A stretch of DNA of 61,645 bases, counting the filler, from Hausera hauseri (lineage: Eukaryota): NCBI GenBank assembly GCA_046269625.1. It is 10 parts of 10 records of this genome, joined end to end, with 100 filler letters (N's around TTAATTAATTAA, not from the genome) between each part and the next. Parts side by side here need not be neighbours in the genome. Positions count along the whole stretch, not along the records: positions 1 to 6,741 come from JBJURY010070217.1; positions 6,842 to 16,862 come from JBJURY010253291.1; 8 more parts are not named here. One strand, given 5' to 3'. Both the position numbers and the translations under genes were made by a program. Under the pieces are notes generated by a model. That model made no database searches. It was not told the DNA's origin and saw only the letters and a list, made by a program, of their open reading frames with translations. Positions 1 to 9,800 of the stretch are shown piece by piece (position 1 is the stretch's first letter; the number at the start of each line of letters is the position of its first letter).

Positions 1-148
1 AATAAATAAATAATCAGAGAGACGTGCAAAATGTAATGCTCATTAATAATATGAAAAATTGTTTGCCAAGGAAGACAATAACACAATTGGAGCTTTTAAA
101 TATCACAGCCCCCCCACTATTTCACAAGATTTGTTCGCTCAGCGATGA
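1..148 (+). repeat. Direct repeat copy A (near-identical copy at 685-832)
   Basis: 1-148 matches 685-832 (offset 684) with only a few substitutions. Confidence 0.9.
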
Positions 149-651
149 CCTTAGATAAATTATAACCATCATCGAACTCCTCTCCATAAGCTACAGTTTT
201 TGATTACTCAGAATGATCTGTTCGATTAATTCGATTTATTAAACATCGTTTCGAATCAATTTTACCATACGTGTTTGCGAACGACAACGCGTTCGGTTCT
301 AGACTTCAATTGGACTTCGTCATCTGAACTTTAGTCCGAACTAGAAAAACGTGGTTTTGAGATAAAGACCTTTATTACTGACAACGAAAAACAAATTTAA
401 GACTTTGACCCTACCTATCACATCTAATTATTATCGGAGTTACATTGATTCAAGTAAATACGGTTGCAAAATTTGTCGAATATTGAATATCTTTTGAAAC
501 AGAAGTGAAACTAAAAACGATAAATATATTATTTTGAGCTCGTGTAAACGTTTAACGTAACGTGGTTTAATTATGTATTTATCAAAATAAATATTCTGAA
601 CAAACGATTTTAAGTGCTATTTACAATCGATTTTGTTTAAATTACAGTAAC

Positions 652-832
652 AAGGAAACGAATTTTACTGTAAATCTGACATTTAATAAATAAATAATCA
701 GAGAGACGTGCAAAATATAGTGCTCATTAATAATATGAAAAATTGTTTGCCAAGGAAGACAATAACACAATTGGAGCTTTTAAGTATCACAGCCCCCCCA
801 CTATTTCTCAAGATTTGTTCGCTCAGCGATGA
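652..832 (+). repeat. Direct repeat copy B; dispersed repeat also present inverted at ~25406-25489
   Basis: AAGGAAACGAATTTTAC.GTAAATCT...TCAGAGAGA..TGCAAA...TCATTA.TAATATGAAAA is found as the reverse complement at ~25406-25489. Confidence 0.8.
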
Positions 833-1129
833 AGTGAGTGTGCGTGTGTGTTTTGATAATGAAGAAATAAAACATAACGAGACAGATTTCTAACACATAC
901 ACACATACTTAAGTTTATCGACGAATTGAATGGTCAGACAATGATAAGATGCATGGCACACAATGAAATATATATGTACTTCATAGACAGATTAAAGTTA
1001 TTTGTAATTCGATCAATGGCTAGAAACAATGTAAGTTTATATGCATTGTATAATAATTATTATTTATTCTTTTATCAATTTTTAATTAATTTGTTTTATT
1101 ATCTAATTCTTATTTATTAATAAATCTAT

Positions 1130-1410
1130 CCAAAATTTAAAATTCTAAAATCTAATTTAAGTCATGAAAATAGAAGGCGAATTGCAGAATCTATTTGTAT
1201 TAAGAAGTTTACTTCAACACTTAATAAACAAACAGATTTTGTGAAGTTCGTTTTTCTGTTTAATGAATAATTTACAATTGTTTCACGGATTCGTTCTGCT
1301 AAAGTTTGACATTGCAATTTACTAGAGAAAAGCGATGGAAAAATTGGTTTCTGTAACATATTAATTTACTGACGATGATGGTTAATCCATCGAAATATAT
1401 TTATAAATGG
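1130..1410 (+). mobile_element. Penelope-like retroelement 3' fragment (GIY-YIG endonuclease C-terminus plus ribozyme-containing tail)
   Basis: 1130-1270 translates PKFKILKSNLSHENRRRIAESICIKKFTSTLNKQTDFVKFVFLFNE*, matching the FKIL...E.L.IK...P.LN.Q end typical of Penelope GIY-YIG domains. A hammerhead core follows ~100 nt downstream. Confidence 0.7.
1364..1408 (+). ncRNA. Minimal type I hammerhead ribozyme motif (stem III degenerate)
   Basis: ATTTA (stem I) - CTGACGA - T - GATGG/ttaat/CCATC (stem II) - GAAA - TATATTTA - TAAAT (stem I'). Confidence 0.65.
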
Positions 1411-1804
1411 CATTGTTTAATTTTAATTCTTATTTGCATTTGTTTTATTATTATTATTCACATTTGTATATTTCTGAACCCTGTTTTTCGTGTGTCAATC
1501 ATGTGTCTGAAGTGAAAAATAAAACCAAGCAGCAGCAGCAGCAGTAGCAGCAGCAGAAAATAAATAGTGTCGTACATAGTGTACATAAAGTAATCCAGAA
1601 TATCTCTCTATAAAAAGAACAATCGACCCGCTTGTTGTTACACCGTTGCATAAGTAATCTGTTACATCGACCCTCTCGCCGTGTGTCGTAGAATTATTGA
1701 TTATTAGCTACTTTACCCATGATCACTTATGGAAGCACAATGAAGTCCATACCAAACTTTTATTTTCTATTTATGAAGTACAACTAAACCCGAGTCTCCA
1801 ATAA

Positions 1805-2290
1805 TCATAAAGTCGAATCATCATCATCATCATCATCACCACCACCACCACCACACAAACCACATGCATTAACCAATTCCGTAGGAGAATGAACGAGTCC
1901 ATCGGAATTAGTTACATTACAATGTTGCTTGAAGCAAATCTGATCCACCGATTGCCACGTTGGAATGTTGGAATCACATTTGACAAAATCTTCCACAAAC
2001 CGTATTTGACGAGGATTGTCATCCAACGCATAGTAATCCACCAATTTCCGATAGGTGCTAAAAATCTGACCGAATATCGTGTCCATGTCACCAACAACCT
2101 TCTTCATATGTCGTAGATAAGGTTCCCGTGCCCTCCAATTCTCCTCAGCACTCTGGAGTAACTCCTCGGGCGAACAGTATCGTGCATCATATAAAGGTCG
2201 ATCAAGATTGTAAAGGTGACTCCGGAGACCGTCGAACGAGTGATATAAACGAATGAGTTCTGTTAAATGGGACATGTGTCGTAGTGTCAT
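1805..2290 (-). CDS. Hypothetical 161-aa accessory protein with C-terminal CxxC and Gly/Asp tail
   Basis: Intact ATG-stop ORF; TATAAA-like motif ~20 nt upstream on the minus strand and AATAAA downstream (~1759-1764); adjacent to pPolB. Confidence 0.6.
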   Translation of the reverse strand: MTLRHMSHLTELIRLYHSFDGLRSHLYNLDRPLYDARYCSPEELLQSAEENWRAREPYLRHMKKVVGDMDTIFGQIFSTYRKLVDYYALDDNPRQIRFVEDFVKCDSNIPTWQSVDQICFKQHCNVTNSDGLVHSPTELVNACGLCGGGGGDDDDDDDSTL

Positions 2291-2373
2291 ACCGTAAAGA
2301 AGCCCATGTATTTATACCGAAACGTAACAAATAAATTATATTGATTCACGAAAACAAACAGCAAAATTTGTGA

Positions 2374-2652
2374 TTAAATACGGTCAATCAACTTTTTCAT
2401 TACAATACAAAGCGAAGCAGTAAATACAAATGCAATGAGGAAATTAATCCGCCGTTTTTGTTGTTGTCGTTTTCGTCTCATTTCATCCTCGATACGTTTT
2501 ATGAAGAGAGATCTGACTATCAATTCAATATATTCTCGCCTGCTCATTATTCTCGTTTCTGTGAGCTCACATAAAAACTGTACATCAAACACATGTCCGG
2601 TCAAAATATCATCGGTCAATCTCTGAATTTCACTTTCAATATACTCTTCCAT
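2374..2652 (-). CDS. Hypothetical 92-aa protein with C-terminal hydrophobic helix (tail-anchored-like)
   Basis: ATG at 2652 (MEEYIESE...); basic stretch RRKRQQQKRR followed by INFLIAFVFTASLCIVM; TATAAA-like motif upstream (~2690). Confidence 0.55.
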   Translation of the reverse strand: MEEYIESEIQRLTDDILTGHVFDVQFLCELTETRIMSRREYIELIVRSLFIKRIEDEMRRKRQQQKRRINFLIAFVFTASLCIVMKKLIDRI

Positions 2653-2794
2653 TATATTTGTACAAACTGAGTGTTGAGAATGGTAAATGTTTATAGCTGA
2701 GTAAGTTAAGCCCTGATACCACAACAACAACTACAACCATAGAAAGAGTGGTATAAGGTGAATTTTAATTTAAATTGTAAATGAGTATATATAT

Positions 2795-3424
2795 ATGACA
2801 TTTAACATTTACTTTAATTTGTTTCTCATTCAGAAATGCAAGCACTATCCCATGTATTGCGTCTCTCGCATACATGAGGAGGCAGAACAGTGCCATCAAC
2901 AGATGGCGAAATATTACAAAATTGGCAAGGACACGTATGTGTGTCCGACGTGTAATATTTCAGCCCAATGTCCGTACCCCGATTTTTATGAGATGCACAA
3001 GCATCATCTCGGACCGTTTACTCGGTCTAAGAAGATGATGCTAGTGCATTGCCCTATGTACCCACGGTACTGTATAAGTACAGTGCACGACGTTGGTGGT
3101 TGTCATAGTGCAATGGAGCAATACTATGGCGCCACAACGGTACACGGTAAACGGGCCTATATTTGTCCCGGTTGTTCTATAGTTGATGATCAAATCAACT
3201 ATGAACAATTTTACAATGAGCACCAGGACCACTTAAACCAGTTTCAGCGGTGGTCGAAAAAACAAATAATAATGGAATCAACAAAAAACAGCAGCATCCC
3301 TTCAACAGGAAAAACAACAACAGCAACCAGTAAGAAACGTAAGGCATCAACAAGTCTGGACAAATACATCAGAACCAGTACCGAGCAGCAAAAAGAAAGA
3401 GAAGTACAACATCAGAATCAGTAG
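2795..3424 (+). CDS. Cys/His-rich protein with two tandem ~65-aa putative zinc-binding modules (possibly the N-terminal part of the PolB ORF)
   Basis: Internal duplication YPxYCxSxxH...CHxxMxxYY...YxCPxC...YxxFYxxHxxHLxxFxR-SKK; same strand as and immediately upstream of PolB. Confidence 0.65.
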   Translation: MTFNIYFNLFLIQKCKHYPMYCVSRIHEEAEQCHQQMAKYYKIGKDTYVCPTCNISAQCPYPDFYEMHKHHLGPFTRSKKMMLVHCPMYPRYCISTVHDVGGCHSAMEQYYGATTVHGKRAYICPGCSIVDDQINYEQFYNEHQDHLNQFQRWSKKQIIMESTKNSSIPSTGKTTTATSKKRKASTSLDKYIRTSTEQQKEREVQHQNQ

Positions 3425-3510
3425 GAGCTGCAACAGCAAGAGAAACATATAAAACAGGAACCCGACATAAATATCAAGTACGATTTGAACAGATAATACT
3501 GGACATAAAA

Positions 3511-6500
3511 ATGAACATGTCGGCGAAAACAGCAACAATACAATTGAGACGTGTTCCGTCCAGCGTGCGCAACCGGTTGGAATTGGAAGTAAAGAAATTC
3601 CAACACCAATACTGCAAAGTGCAATGTTATGCACTTGCAAAATTTGAAAATGTTGAAGGTGAAAGGAAACAATGGTACCTATCACATCGAGCTATACGGT
3701 ATTCGGAAGATTTTATTGCCGATGTAGGCGCAATTGTGGATGAGAAAATCGCCAATTATACCGAAAAGGGTAGTGGCTGGCGAATTGTAAAAATTGTCAT
3801 ACTAGACTTTATCATAAAAAAGTCGAGTGACGTGGTATATTTATCTGGAAGGTTATTCATACCGATACCTGAATCTCTAAAGCAGTATCTTGCGGTACAG
3901 AATGTACAAAATCCTGACTATGAATACTGTTTTCTGTACAGTATTCTGGCTGTATTGAAGTACAGCGAAGTGAACAAGTATCATACAAATCGTCCAAAGC
4001 AGTATGGACAGTATTTTCGGAATTGGAATTCGATGAAAGCTGGATGACGATGAAACTGAAATCCATCCCGACATTTGAACAGTGTATCCTACTGTGGCAA
4101 TCAACGTTTTCCACTACAACACAATCGTAGAAATACTAGCAGATGAAGAGATATACAAATAATTTATAGCAGTCGGAACCCGAATGGACTCTCGGTTAAT
4201 TTGTTTCTGTTGGAGCAAGCAGATAAATTTTACTACGTGGCAGTAACCTATTTGGACAGACTGCTGAATATGGTTCACCACCAATTCATCAAAAAGCGTA
4301 TAAATTGTAAATGGTACCCTACATGTTTGCATGATTTCAGGTCAAAAACGACATTGGAAAAAATATGGCGCTGTGCAAACAAAATTCATCAGGGACAACA
4401 ATGTACGTCATGTCAGTCAAAAAGGAACTGAGATTCAGTGGCTGGTCAAAAACAGAGAGTCCGGCATATGTGGTATATGCAGATATCAAGGCAATCCTAC
4501 CGCGGCACAACGTGTACGACCAAAAGCACATTCCAATCGCCGGTGGTATGTTGGTTATTTCAATAAAAGCCACCGGACAACCGCAGTATTACGTTTTTCA
4601 TGACTGGAACTGTATACGCGATTTCCTGCAACAGTTGAAAACAATAGTTGAAACGGAAATAGCACCGTGGTACAGTAACAATAGCACTAAACCCTTGATA
4701 TGGACAGACAAATATGAACCGCTGCTTTTCGCTGCCATCGATGAATGTTACCTCTGCCACAAAGTATTGCTTTTTGATGCACAAGAACGGCTCGTACCGG
4801 ACAATGATCATTCCACCGTTCGATACCTGGGAGCATTATTCAACGTATGCAATTTAATAAGGCGTGTGCGGCCATTCCTACCGGTGATCTTTCATAATTT
4901 CCGAGGTTATGATTGTCATCATATACTGAAATGGGCCATCAGCGGATTTCGGCACTGGGAACTGTCCATAATCCCAACAACAGTGGAGAAGTACCTGTCC
5001 CTGTCAGCACGCATAAACCGGTTCCAGGTAAGCTTTTTTGATTCATTGCAATTTCTCAATGAATCATTGGCGAAGCTGGTAAATGCTTTGGTAGATGGGT
5101 CGATAAACTCGCGCAGTTCTCCACACATATTGCACGCAGCAAAGGCCTATTTCCATATGACTTAACAACATTATATGAGCGACTCCGGACAGCAGAGGAA
5201 TTAATGCCGCGATGGACAAGCATCACAGAAGAGGAATATCGGAGAGCACAAGAATCTTGGACAGAAGTGGGCTGTAGTAACATGTTGGAGTACATACTCC
5301 AGTATCTCAAACTGGACGTTTACTTATTAGCCGATGTGTTCCAGGAATTTCGAGCGAAATCGTTGGCCGAAAATAGGCTGGAGCCGCTCAAATTTTACTC
5401 AATACCCGGAATAAGTCGGGCATCAGTTGTGGTGTCACTGGATCGGGATATCGAGCTATTGCAAGACCCGGAAATGTACCGAATGTTTGATGTTGGTATT
5501 CGTGGCGGCATGACATTTGTCCACAAGCATCATGTAACCAGTGATGATACCACATAACTGTTGTATATCGTCATTAATAACCTGCACGACTGGGCGCTTT
5601 CACAACCCTCGCCGTACGGTTCATTCGAATGGGCAGTCGACAAACAGGACTTGGATACAATATTGGAAAATGTGTCGAGAGCAGACACGACAACATCAGA
5701 AAACAGCTCAATCGGATACTTGATGGAGGTCGATCTCCTGGTACCAGATGAGCTGCATGACTTTTTGGATGAATTGCCGGTCACACCAATTAGCCAATGT
5801 CCGCCCGGCTCGAAGGTGAAGAAGCTGCTTATGACGCATGAACCCAAGCAAAATTACATAGTTCTTTTGCATCTGTTGCAATTTTACATGCAGTTGGGTG
5901 TACGCATCACACGGCTACATCGCGCGATCCGATTTGCTCAAGCTCCCATATTCAAGGCGTACATAGATGGAAATTTGCAGAAACGAGCCGCAGCTTGTAC
6001 AAAGTTCGAAAAGGACTACTACAAGCTGAAAAACAATTCCCTGTACGGAAAACAGTGGAGAATCTGAAAAAGCAGCTCAATGTACGCCTATGCAATAGCC
6101 AAAAGCGGTTGGTCACATACACGAGTAAGGTGCAGTTTCGGCGGTCAATGCACATTGCCTGTTGATTGCTTGTCGTGCTGTTAAACAGAGAAGTCGTTCT
6201 GGACCGACCAAGTTACATCGGTCAAGAGGTGTTGGATCTGAGCAAGTTGCGGATGTATGAGCTGCAGTATCACGATTTGGCACGTTACCGGCAAATGTTC
6301 GGTAACGGCGGCAGGATCAATATAATTGCCGGTGACACAAATAGTTTCTTTTGGAACTGGAAAAAGTCAATTGCGAACAACCACTGCAGCAAATGATGGC
6401 AGACGAATTACTCGACACGTCCAATTACCCACAGAATCATCCATTGTACAGCAATGCCATCAAAAACAAAATCGGCTGCTTCAAGGATGAAAGTGAAGGT

Positions 6501-6741
6501 CGGGTTTAGTATCGGGAATGTATTTCTACGGCCAAAATGTTATAGTCTTTTAACTGACTGGACCGAAAATGCTCGCCAAAGGAGTTCAGTTGGCCCAGAC
6601 GGAAATAAATCACGGTGATTATCGCCGTGTCTATGAAGGAGGACAATCAAGAGATGTTGTGTCCCAAACGATCATCCGATCGATTGAGCACCAGCTGTAT
6701 ACGGTGACCAATACAAAAGTCGCTTTATCATGCAATGATGA
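3511..6741 (+). pseudogene. polB: Protein-primed type B DNA polymerase (Polinton/adintovirus type) with endonuclease-VII-like insert; multiple frameshifts and stops
   Basis: Motifs in order across frames: GSGW, CFLYSILA, VVYADIK (ExoI), CYLC..DNDHSTVRYLGALFNVCNL (EndoVII-like), VIFHNFRGYDCH (ExoII), YLKLDVYLLADVF (ExoIII), GIRGG, NNLHDWALSQPSP (A), KLKNNSLYGK (B), GDTNS (C), GCFKDE, RPKCYS, AKGV. Confidence 0.92.
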
Positions 6742-6841
6742 NNNNNNNNNNNNNNNNNNNNNNNNNNNNNNNNNNNNNNNNNNNNTTAATTAATTAANNN
6801 NNNNNNNNNNNNNNNNNNNNNNNNNNNNNNNNNNNNNNNNN
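6742..6841. other. Artificial assembly spacer N44-TTAATTAATTAA-N44 (also at 16863-16962, 22243-22342, 27382-27481, 32830-32929, 40167-40266, 47604-47703, 51789-51888, 56447-56546)
   Basis: An identical 100-nt construct occurs nine times; the 12-mer gives stops in all six frames. Confidence 0.97.
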
Positions 6842-9800
6842 GTTCGTTCTTTCGTTAGATCGATCGCTCGTTACTTCATTTGTTCGATCCTATGTTCGTT
6901 CGTTCGTTCTTTCGTTCGTTGGATCGATCGACCCTTCGTTCGTCTGTTCGTTTGTTCCTTCTTTCTTTCGTTCGTTTGTTCGTTCGATCGTTCGTTCGCA
7001 CGTTTGCTCCTTCGTTCTATCGTTCATTCGTTCGTTCTTTCGTTCGATCATTCGTTCGATCGTTTGTTCGTTTGCACGTTCGATCATTCGTTCGTTCTTT
7101 CGTTCGTTCGTTCGTTCGTTCTTGCGTTCGATCGTTTTTCCTTCGTTCGTTCGTTCGTTCTTGCGTTCCTTCGATCGTCCGATCGATCGATCGTTTGTTT
7201 GTTTTTACGTCCGTTCGTTTGTTCGTTCGTTCTTTCGTTCTTTCAATCGTTCGTTGCTTCGTTCGTTCTTTCGTTCGTTCGTTCATTCGTTTGTTCGTTC
7301 GTTTGTTCGTTTGTTTATTTGTTCTTTCGTTCGTTTGTTCGTTTGATCGTTCGTTCTCACGTTTGTTCGTTCGTTCGTTCATTCATTCTTTTGTTCGTTC
7401 GTTCGATCTTTCGTTCATTCGTTCGTTTGTTCGTTCGTTCGCTCGTTCGTTCGTTCATTCGTTCGATATTTCGTTCGTTCGTTCTGTCGTTCGTTCGTTC
7501 GTTTGTTCGTTTGTTCGTTCCTTCATTCTTTCATTCGATCGTTCGTTCTTTTGTTCGGTCGATCGTTCGTTTGTTCGTTCTTTCGTTAGATCGATCGCTC
7601 GTTACTTCATTTGTTCGATCCTATGTTCGTTCGTTCGTTCTTTCGTTCGATCGATCGATCGATCTTTCGTTCGTTTTTTCGTTCGTTCGTTCATTCCTTC
7701 GCTCGTTCGATCGTTTGTTCGTTAGTTCGTTCGCTCGCTCGTTCGTTCTTGCGTTCGATCGTTTTTCCTTCGTTCGTTCGTTCGTTCTTGCGTTCCTTCG
7801 ATCGTCCGATAGATCGATCGTTCGTTCGTTTCTTCGTCCGTTCGTTTGTTCGTTCGTTCTTTCGTTCTTTCGATCGTTCGTTCGTTCGTTCGTTCCTTCG
7901 TTCGTTCGTTCTGTCGTTCGTTCGTTCTTTCGTTTGTTTGTTTGTTCGTTCCTTCATTCTTTCGTTCGATCGTTCGTTTTTTTGTTCGGTCGATCGTTCG
8001 TTTGTTCGTTCTTTCGTTAGATCGATCTCTCGTTACTTCATTGTTCGATCCTATGTTCGTTCGATCGATCTTTCGTTCGATCGATCGATCGATCTTTCGT
8101 TTGTTTTTTCGTTCGTTCGTTCATTCTTTCGCTCGTTCGATCGTTCGTTCGTTAGTTTGTTCTTTCGTTCGTTAGTTTGTTCTTTCGTTCGCTCTTGCGT
8201 TCGATCGTTTTTCCTTCGTTCGTTCGTTCGTTCTTGCGTTCCTTCGATCGTTCGATCGATCGATCGTTCGTTCGTTCTTTCGTCCTTTCGTTTGTTCGTT
8301 GGATCTTTCGTTCGTTCGATCGTTCGTTCCTTCGTTCGTTCTTTCGTTCGTTCGTTCATTCGTTTGTTCGTTCGTTTATTCGTTTGTTCATTTTTTCTTT
8401 CGTTCGTTCGTTCGATCTTTCATTCATTCGTTTGTTCTTTCGTTCGATCTTTCGTTCGTTCGTTCGTTCGTTTCTGCATTTGATCGTTTTTCCTTTGTTC
8501 GTTCGTTCGTTCTTGCGTTCCTTTGATCATTCGATCGATCATTCGTTCATTGGTTCTTTCGTCCGTTCATTCGTTCGTTCGTTCTTTCTTTCGTTTGTTC
8601 GTTCGTTCGTTCTTTCGTTCCTTCGTTCCTTCGTTTTTTCTTTCTTTCGTTCCTTTGTTCGATTTTCGTTCGGCTTCTCTTTCGTTGGTTCGTTTGTTCG
8701 TTCGTTGATTCATTTGTTCTTCCTTTCGTTCGGTCGTTCGTTTGTTCGATCGATCGATCGATCTTTCGTTTGTTTTGTCGTTCGTTCGTTCGTTTGTTCG
8801 TTTGTTCGTTCCTTCATTCTTTTGTTCGATCGTTCGTTCTTCTGTTCGGTCGATCGTTCGTTTGTGTGTTTTTTCGTTAAATCGATCGATCGTTACTTCA
8901 TTTGTTCAATCCTATGTTCGTTCGTTCGTTCTTTCGTTCGATCGATCGATCGATCTTTCGTTCGTTTTTTCTTTCGTTCTTTCATTCTTTCGCTCGTTAG
9001 ATCGTTCCTTCGTTATTTCGTTCTTTCGTTCCTTCGTTTGTTCGTTCGTTCTTTTTTCCTTTCTTTCGTTCGTTCGTTCGCTCGTTTGCTCTTTCGCTAG
9101 TTTGATCATTCTTTCGATAATTCGTTCCTTCGTTCTTTGTTTCGTTCGTTCATTCATTCGTTTGTTCGGTCGTTTTTTCGTTTTTTCGTTCGTTCTTTCG
9201 GTAGTTTGTTCATTCGATTGTTCGTTCACACGTTTGTCGTTCGATCGTTCTTTCATTCGTTCGATCGTTTGTTCGTTCGTTCGTTCCTTCATTCGTTCCT
9301 TTGTTCGTTCGCTCGTTCTTTCGTCCGTTCGTTCCTTCGTTTTTTCTTTCGTTCTTTCGTTCTTTCGTTCGTTCGATCGATCGACCGTTCTTTCGTTTGT
9401 TCGTTCGTTCTATCTTTCGTTCGTTCTTTCGTTCATTCGTACGTTCCTTCGTTTGTTCGTTCGTTCGCTCGTTTGTTTGTTCTCTTTATCGTTCATTCGT
9501 TCGTTCTTTCGTTCTTTCGTTCGATCGCTCGTTTGTTCGATCGTTCTTTCGTTCGTTTGTTCGTTTGATCGTCCGTTCGCACGTTTTTTCGTTCGTTCGT
9601 TCGTTCTTTCGTTTGATCATTCGTTCGTTCGTTCGTTCGTTCTTTCTTTCATTCGTTCGTTTCTTCGTTAGATCGTTCTTTCTTTCGATTGTTCGTTCGC
9701 TCCTTCGTTCATTCATTCGTTCTTTCGTTTGTTCGTTAGATCGATCTTTCGTTCGATTGTTCGTTCGCTCATTCGTTCATTCGTTCGTTCGTTCGTTCGT

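Larger units (their letters stand above)
1805..6741. mobile_element. Endogenous Polinton/Maverick (adintovirus-like) fragment
   Basis: Disrupted protein-primed PolB plus compact, divergently oriented small ORFs; GC content is higher than the left flank; truncated by the spacer at 6742. Confidence 0.8.

Noticed and set aside
6786-6797. TTAATTAATTAA as a biological motif
   Set aside because: Always centred in N-runs of identical length; an assembly linker.
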